A stretch of 64,000 bases of DNA, from contig JAFGOE010000013.1 of assembly GCA_016926625.1 (NCBI GenBank), positions 1,308-65,307 of the forward strand, read 5' to 3'. Shown in pieces: positions 60,240 to 64,000 of the stretch. This stretch comes from Candidatus Zhuqueibacterota bacterium (lineage in GTDB: Bacteria; Zhuqueibacterota; Zhuqueibacteria; Thermofontimicrobiales; Thiofontviventaceae). The notes below the pieces were generated by a model. That model did not search any database. It saw only the letters and a program-made list of their open reading frames with translations, and was not told the DNA's origin. The stretch's first letter is position 1; the number at the start of each line of letters is the position of its first letter. The position numbers and the translations under genes were made by a program.

Positions 60240-61049
60240 ATGAAACAAGGTAGAAAATTTGTGAAAATATCGGCGACAGGAAACGACTTCATTCTATTCG
60301 ATAATAGACAGACCATAGATCGAGGTGATGAATCGGAATTCTATCGATCGATATGCCGTCGTAGAGTATCGGTTGGTGCCGATGGTGTGCTATTACTGGA
60401 ACGCAGCACAGAGCATCATTTTTCCATGCGATATTTCAATGCAGATGGTTCGATCGGAGAGATGTGCGGAAATGGTGCTCGCGCTGCGGCTCATTATGCT
60501 TATACAAATAATATTGCCCCTGCCACTATGTCGTTCGATGTGCTGGGCGTAGTATATCACGCTAAAATTGTAGAAAACGGAATAGAGTTATCCATGCCAC
60601 CACCGGTTTCCTATCATTTAACACCCGGTGTCGCGGAGGAATCGGCTCTGAGAGAAGGTGCCTATTTCGATGTGGGTGTCCCGCATTATGTTGTTTTTGT
60701 AGACCATGTTGATGCGATTGATGTGATAGGTCTCGGGCGAAAATATCGATATCACGATTCATTCAAACCGCGCGGTGTGAATGTTAATTTCGTGGAGATC
60801 GTTGATAAGACTCATTTAAAAATAAGGACATACGAGCGGGGAGTGGAAGATGAAACGCTTGCATGTGGAACCGGAACGATTTCCACAGTAATGACGGCGT
60901 ATTTGCAGAATCTGGTCCAGGTCCCTGCATGTGTTGATACGAGAGGGGGGCATTTGATGGTTGATTTTGGAGCTGATTTTAAAGATTTGACATTGAGTGG
61001 TATGGCCAGGATTATCTACTCCGGGGAACTCATCGATCCAGAAATATGA
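60240..61049 (+). CDS. dapF: Diaminopimelate epimerase
   Basis: The motifs are SATGNDFILFD, the first catalytic Cys in CGNGAR, and the second catalytic Cys in LACGTGT. Confidence 0.9.
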   Translation: MKQGRKFVKISATGNDFILFDNRQTIDRGDESEFYRSICRRRVSVGADGVLLLERSTEHHFSMRYFNADGSIGEMCGNGARAAAHYAYTNNIAPATMSFDVLGVVYHAKIVENGIELSMPPPVSYHLTPGVAEESALREGAYFDVGVPHYVVFVDHVDAIDVIGLGRKYRYHDSFKPRGVNVNFVEIVDKTHLKIRTYERGVEDETLACGTGTISTVMTAYLQNLVQVPACVDTRGGHLMVDFGADFKDLTLSGMARIIYSGELIDPEI

Positions 61050-61059
61050 GAAATCAAAA

Positions 61060-63225
61060 ATGGGACGAATTACGCGAAACAATGTTTTGCTCGCATTTTT
61101 TTTAAGTTTCTTGACGTTTATCGTATTGTTCATCGTTGCCAGGTTTCTATTGACGTCATATTTTAACAGAATTGAATCTGTAATATATGATTATCGTTAT
61201 AACAAAAAAATCAATCATGCTTTCGGTAATCCGGCCGCTACGATTGACGATATCGTCATTGTGGACATTGACCAACGCAGCCTGGACACGATAGGACCCA
61301 TTGTCAAATGGGGAACTGATCCGTACTTAAGAGCCATGCAAGCTATCGAACGATCGGGCTCCCTGGTTCTGGGTATCGATATACCGATACCAGTACCGAC
61401 ACGGTCTTCTGCTTCATCCGACAGTTTGCTCGCCTTTCTTTCTCGCAGTCGCATGACATGTCATGCCATTCCCATGATTCAGTCGATGCCCTATTTTTAT
61501 CAGGCTCAGATCGATTCGCTACGAAAATTTAAAATTGTAGCAAAACATGCCCTGCCTGTGGATTCTATGCTCACCACTACGATTCATCCCACAGAGCTGA
61601 TGACGGGTGTAAACTACGACGTCTATGATGCGGTGTATCGGATTGGAGGCGTTTTGATTCAACCAGATCATGACAACGTCGTCCGGTCGATCCCTCTGGT
61701 AATCAATCATCGGAGCAAAATCATTCCCTCTTTCCCGTTAGCGGTTGTGATGACGCTATTACGTCTTGAAAACGAACAGATTCACTTTCATCCCCGAAGT
61801 TCCCTGGAGATTCAGCTTAATCATGATGACTATATTCGTATCCCATTGAACGAGAAAAACGAAATGCTACTCAATTTTCAGGGTGCAACGAAAACATTTA
61901 AGCATATATCGTTTTCTGATATCATTATCGGGAATTACGATCCTGCTTTTTTTAAGGACCGTATCGTCCTGCTGGGATCATCATCAGAGAACGTTTACAC
62001 CGGTGTCAGCGTTCCGTTTCAACATGAATTTTCTGTCATAGAATTACATTCGAATGCCATTTGTTCGATTGTCACACGTGACTTTATCAGGGAGTTGAAT
62101 CCATATTTATATTATTTCATCTTGTTTTTGTTGATGTTTGTTTCTGTTTTAATAATCTTAACATTCAGAAAGTCATGGAGTTACCCAATAATAACCATCT
62201 TAATCTCTCTTTTATGCATCATTTCTGTTGAGTTATTAAAATATGCGGATATCTGGCTTAATATGATAGTCATGGTAACTGGAGTAGTCCTGGCATCTGT
62301 TGTTGCCGGGTCCTACACGCGTATTCATCGTAAAAAAAATCAGCAAGCTATGACATCACATTTTAAAAACTATATTTCGGACGAAGGATTACGTGCACTG
62401 GTGAAGGGTTCAGATCTCATCGCTCTTAATGGAGAGAGAAGAGTAGCCTCGGCATTGTTTACAAATATTCGGGACTTCATAAAAGTTGTCGAAAATTTGT
62501 CACCGCGAGAGTTGGTCAACGTTTTGAATGAATATCTTTCAGGGATGAGCGACGTTGTCGTACGTCATAGTGGTTACATCGATAAATATGAGGGTGATAC
62601 GATATTTGCTCTATGGGGAGCTCCTTTAAAACAGGAGGATCATGCGATTCATGCATGCAATGCTGCTCTGGAGATGCAGGGCAAATTAAACGAACTACAG
62701 GAGAAATGGAAGCGGGATGATCTGCCGAAATTCCAGATGCAGATCGGAATCGATAGTGGCCATTTAATTTTGGGGAATATAGGCGGTGCATATCGTTTTG
62801 ACTATACGGCGATAGGTGATACAGTGAACGTTGCGCATCGACTGGAAGCGGCCAATAAGATGTATAATACGAAAATTATCATCAGCGAGTCAACCTTCAA
62901 GCTCGTTCAGGATATGTTTTGGGTCAGGGAACTAGATTACGTCCGTGTGAAGGGGAACAAGAAGGCGATAAAGATTTTCGAACTAATCGGCCATAAATCT
63001 GAACTGATCGATCAGGTCCGTTCAAGTGGTTTCGAATATTTTTTACAAGGCCTATCGTATTACAGGCAGCGGGATTGGGTAAAGGCCTTCAATTATTTTT
63101 ACAAGGCGGTGCAGTTGATCCCGGATGATGGTCCTTCGATCGAGTTCCTTCGTCGCTGTAAAATATTTATCGAACAGCCCCGGCCAGAGGATTGGGATGG
63201 AGTGTACAACTTGCGATCCAGATAA
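61060..63225 (+). CDS. CHASE2-sensor class III adenylate/guanylate cyclase with C-terminal TPR-like region
   Basis: An N-terminal TM is followed by a periplasmic CHASE2-like region, then three TM helices. A cyclase domain follows: ALFTNIRDF..YEGDTIFALWGAP..GDTVNVAHRLE. The start is at MGRITRN; the ORF overlaps dapF if extended. Confidence 0.75.
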   Translation: MGRITRNNVLLAFFLSFLTFIVLFIVARFLLTSYFNRIESVIYDYRYNKKINHAFGNPAATIDDIVIVDIDQRSLDTIGPIVKWGTDPYLRAMQAIERSGSLVLGIDIPIPVPTRSSASSDSLLAFLSRSRMTCHAIPMIQSMPYFYQAQIDSLRKFKIVAKHALPVDSMLTTTIHPTELMTGVNYDVYDAVYRIGGVLIQPDHDNVVRSIPLVINHRSKIIPSFPLAVVMTLLRLENEQIHFHPRSSLEIQLNHDDYIRIPLNEKNEMLLNFQGATKTFKHISFSDIIIGNYDPAFFKDRIVLLGSSSENVYTGVSVPFQHEFSVIELHSNAICSIVTRDFIRELNPYLYYFILFLLMFVSVLIILTFRKSWSYPIITILISLLCIISVELLKYADIWLNMIVMVTGVVLASVVAGSYTRIHRKKNQQAMTSHFKNYISDEGLRALVKGSDLIALNGERRVASALFTNIRDFIKVVENLSPRELVNVLNEYLSGMSDVVVRHSGYIDKYEGDTIFALWGAPLKQEDHAIHACNAALEMQGKLNELQEKWKRDDLPKFQMQIGIDSGHLILGNIGGAYRFDYTAIGDTVNVAHRLEAANKMYNTKIIISESTFKLVQDMFWVRELDYVRVKGNKKAIKIFELIGHKSELIDQVRSSGFEYFLQGLSYYRQRDWVKAFNYFYKAVQLIPDDGPSIEFLRRCKIFIEQPRPEDWDGVYNLRSR

Positions 63226-63412
63226 TGATGGGGGTTGTTTGCACGATTCAGAAAGTAGTTTCATTTACAGGAAGACATTGGGCACATTTGCGATTGCCTG
63301 AGATATACAATAATTATCTTGACTTTATGATAATAATTCGTTATTTTTTAATGGACTAAAATCAAATTACTTCAGATATATTCAGAGAACAGTAAACATA
63401 ACCTTTGGAGAT

Positions 63413-63799
63413 TTGAAAATGAGTGATATGTCTGAAAAAGCAGTTCCAGGTCAGGTCGTTAAAAACGAGATCGATGAGATTCGAGATATCATCATTGGGG
63501 ACTACAGAAAGAAATTTGAGTCGGAGATCGAAGAGTGTCGAAAAGAAAACGAACATCTACGGTCGGAAATCAAGACATTAAAATTGAGGTTAGAAAAATT
63601 AGATTCACTCCTTTCAACGAATGTGGAAGAATTGAACAGAGCTTTTAATGAGAGCAAATTGCTCAATGAGAGTATTGAGACGATGAAACAGGATTTTCTC
63701 TCCCAGGTGTCCAGGTTGAACGACAGGAAACTCGACAAGACAGAGATAGGACAGGCCTTCATCGAGTGGGGTACCCGCGTCAAGGATGCAAAATCATAA
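63413..63799 (+). CDS. Coiled-coil hypothetical protein
   Basis: The 128-aa product is rich in heptad-like E/K/L repeats. An RBS-like GGAG precedes the ATG. Confidence 0.3.
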   Translation: MKMSDMSEKAVPGQVVKNEIDEIRDIIIGDYRKKFESEIEECRKENEHLRSEIKTLKLRLEKLDSLLSTNVEELNRAFNESKLLNESIETMKQDFLSQVSRLNDRKLDKTEIGQAFIEWGTRVKDAKS

Positions 63800-63848
63800 A
63801 AATAACCGATTAATCAAGAAAAAACAGATAGTCAGGATTAACTTGTCA

Positions 63849-64000
63849 ATGAAATCGTCCAGAGATAATGCACTCGAAAAATTGCGAAGTATTTTGCTGG
63901 AGGAGGACACCAAGAAGCTTGAGATGTTCGCAGCCGAGCTTCAGAGGTTGAAGGAGCAATTAAATGATGAAGAGTCGTTAATCGAAATTCTGGATCCGGT
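63849..64000 (+). CDS. Coiled-coil hypothetical protein, 3' end beyond window
   Basis: The ATG at 63849 opens a reading frame that runs to the window end. The product is charged and helical (LEKLRSILLEEDTKKLEMFAAELQRLKEQL). Confidence 0.2.
   Translation, partial: MKSSRDNALEKLRSILLEEDTKKLEMFAAELQRLKEQLNDEESLIEILDP

Noticed and set aside
1-64000. tRNA, rRNA, CRISPR arrays, IS elements or integrases
   Set aside because: No cloverleaf-compatible GTTC-arm or anticodon-stem candidates were seen in any intergenic region. There are no short direct-repeat or spacer arrays. No transposase or integrase-like ORFs were seen. Base composition is homogeneous across the window.

Overview
This window reads as chromosomal DNA from a Gram-negative bacterium of the FCB group (Bacteroidota-like or a related candidate phylum). 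The evidence for that placement is a Bat aerotolerance operon fragment, a cargo protein with a T9SS (Por) C-terminal sorting domain, an archaeal-type ProRS, and several lipoproteins and TonB. The window is densely coding (about 55 CDS). No rRNA, tRNA, CRISPR or obvious mobile element was found.

Most genes are housekeeping or transport: lepA, lepB, hemW, proS, lysA-dapF, gpmA, amino-acid, glutamate and alanine symporters, ZnuABC, a PiT phosphate transporter, a P-type ATPase, a GH13 pullulanase, and an OtsAB plus TreT-like trehalose cluster.

Several accessory modules stand out:
- A Cyc2-like fused monoheme cytochrome-porin is translationally linked to a periplasmic pentaheme cytochrome c and followed by a Tat-exported Fe/Mn SOD. 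This is a candidate outer-membrane iron-oxidation or extracellular electron-transfer conduit, and the most novel feature here.
- A complete family-1 encapsulin nanocompartment sits with an EncFtn ferritin-like cargo that carries a C-terminal targeting peptide.
- A divergent pair of an RHH DNA-binding protein and an Arch_ATPase-like P-loop NTPase has a possible defence or regulatory role.
- A secreted chagasin-family inhibitor sits directly upstream of a secreted papain-like C1A peptidase.
- A Cys-rich orphan protein and a YiiX-like permuted papain-fold hydrolase are also present.
- A PP2C/STAS partner-switching pair is also present.

Several intrinsic terminators and sigma70-like promoters can be read directly from the sequence.
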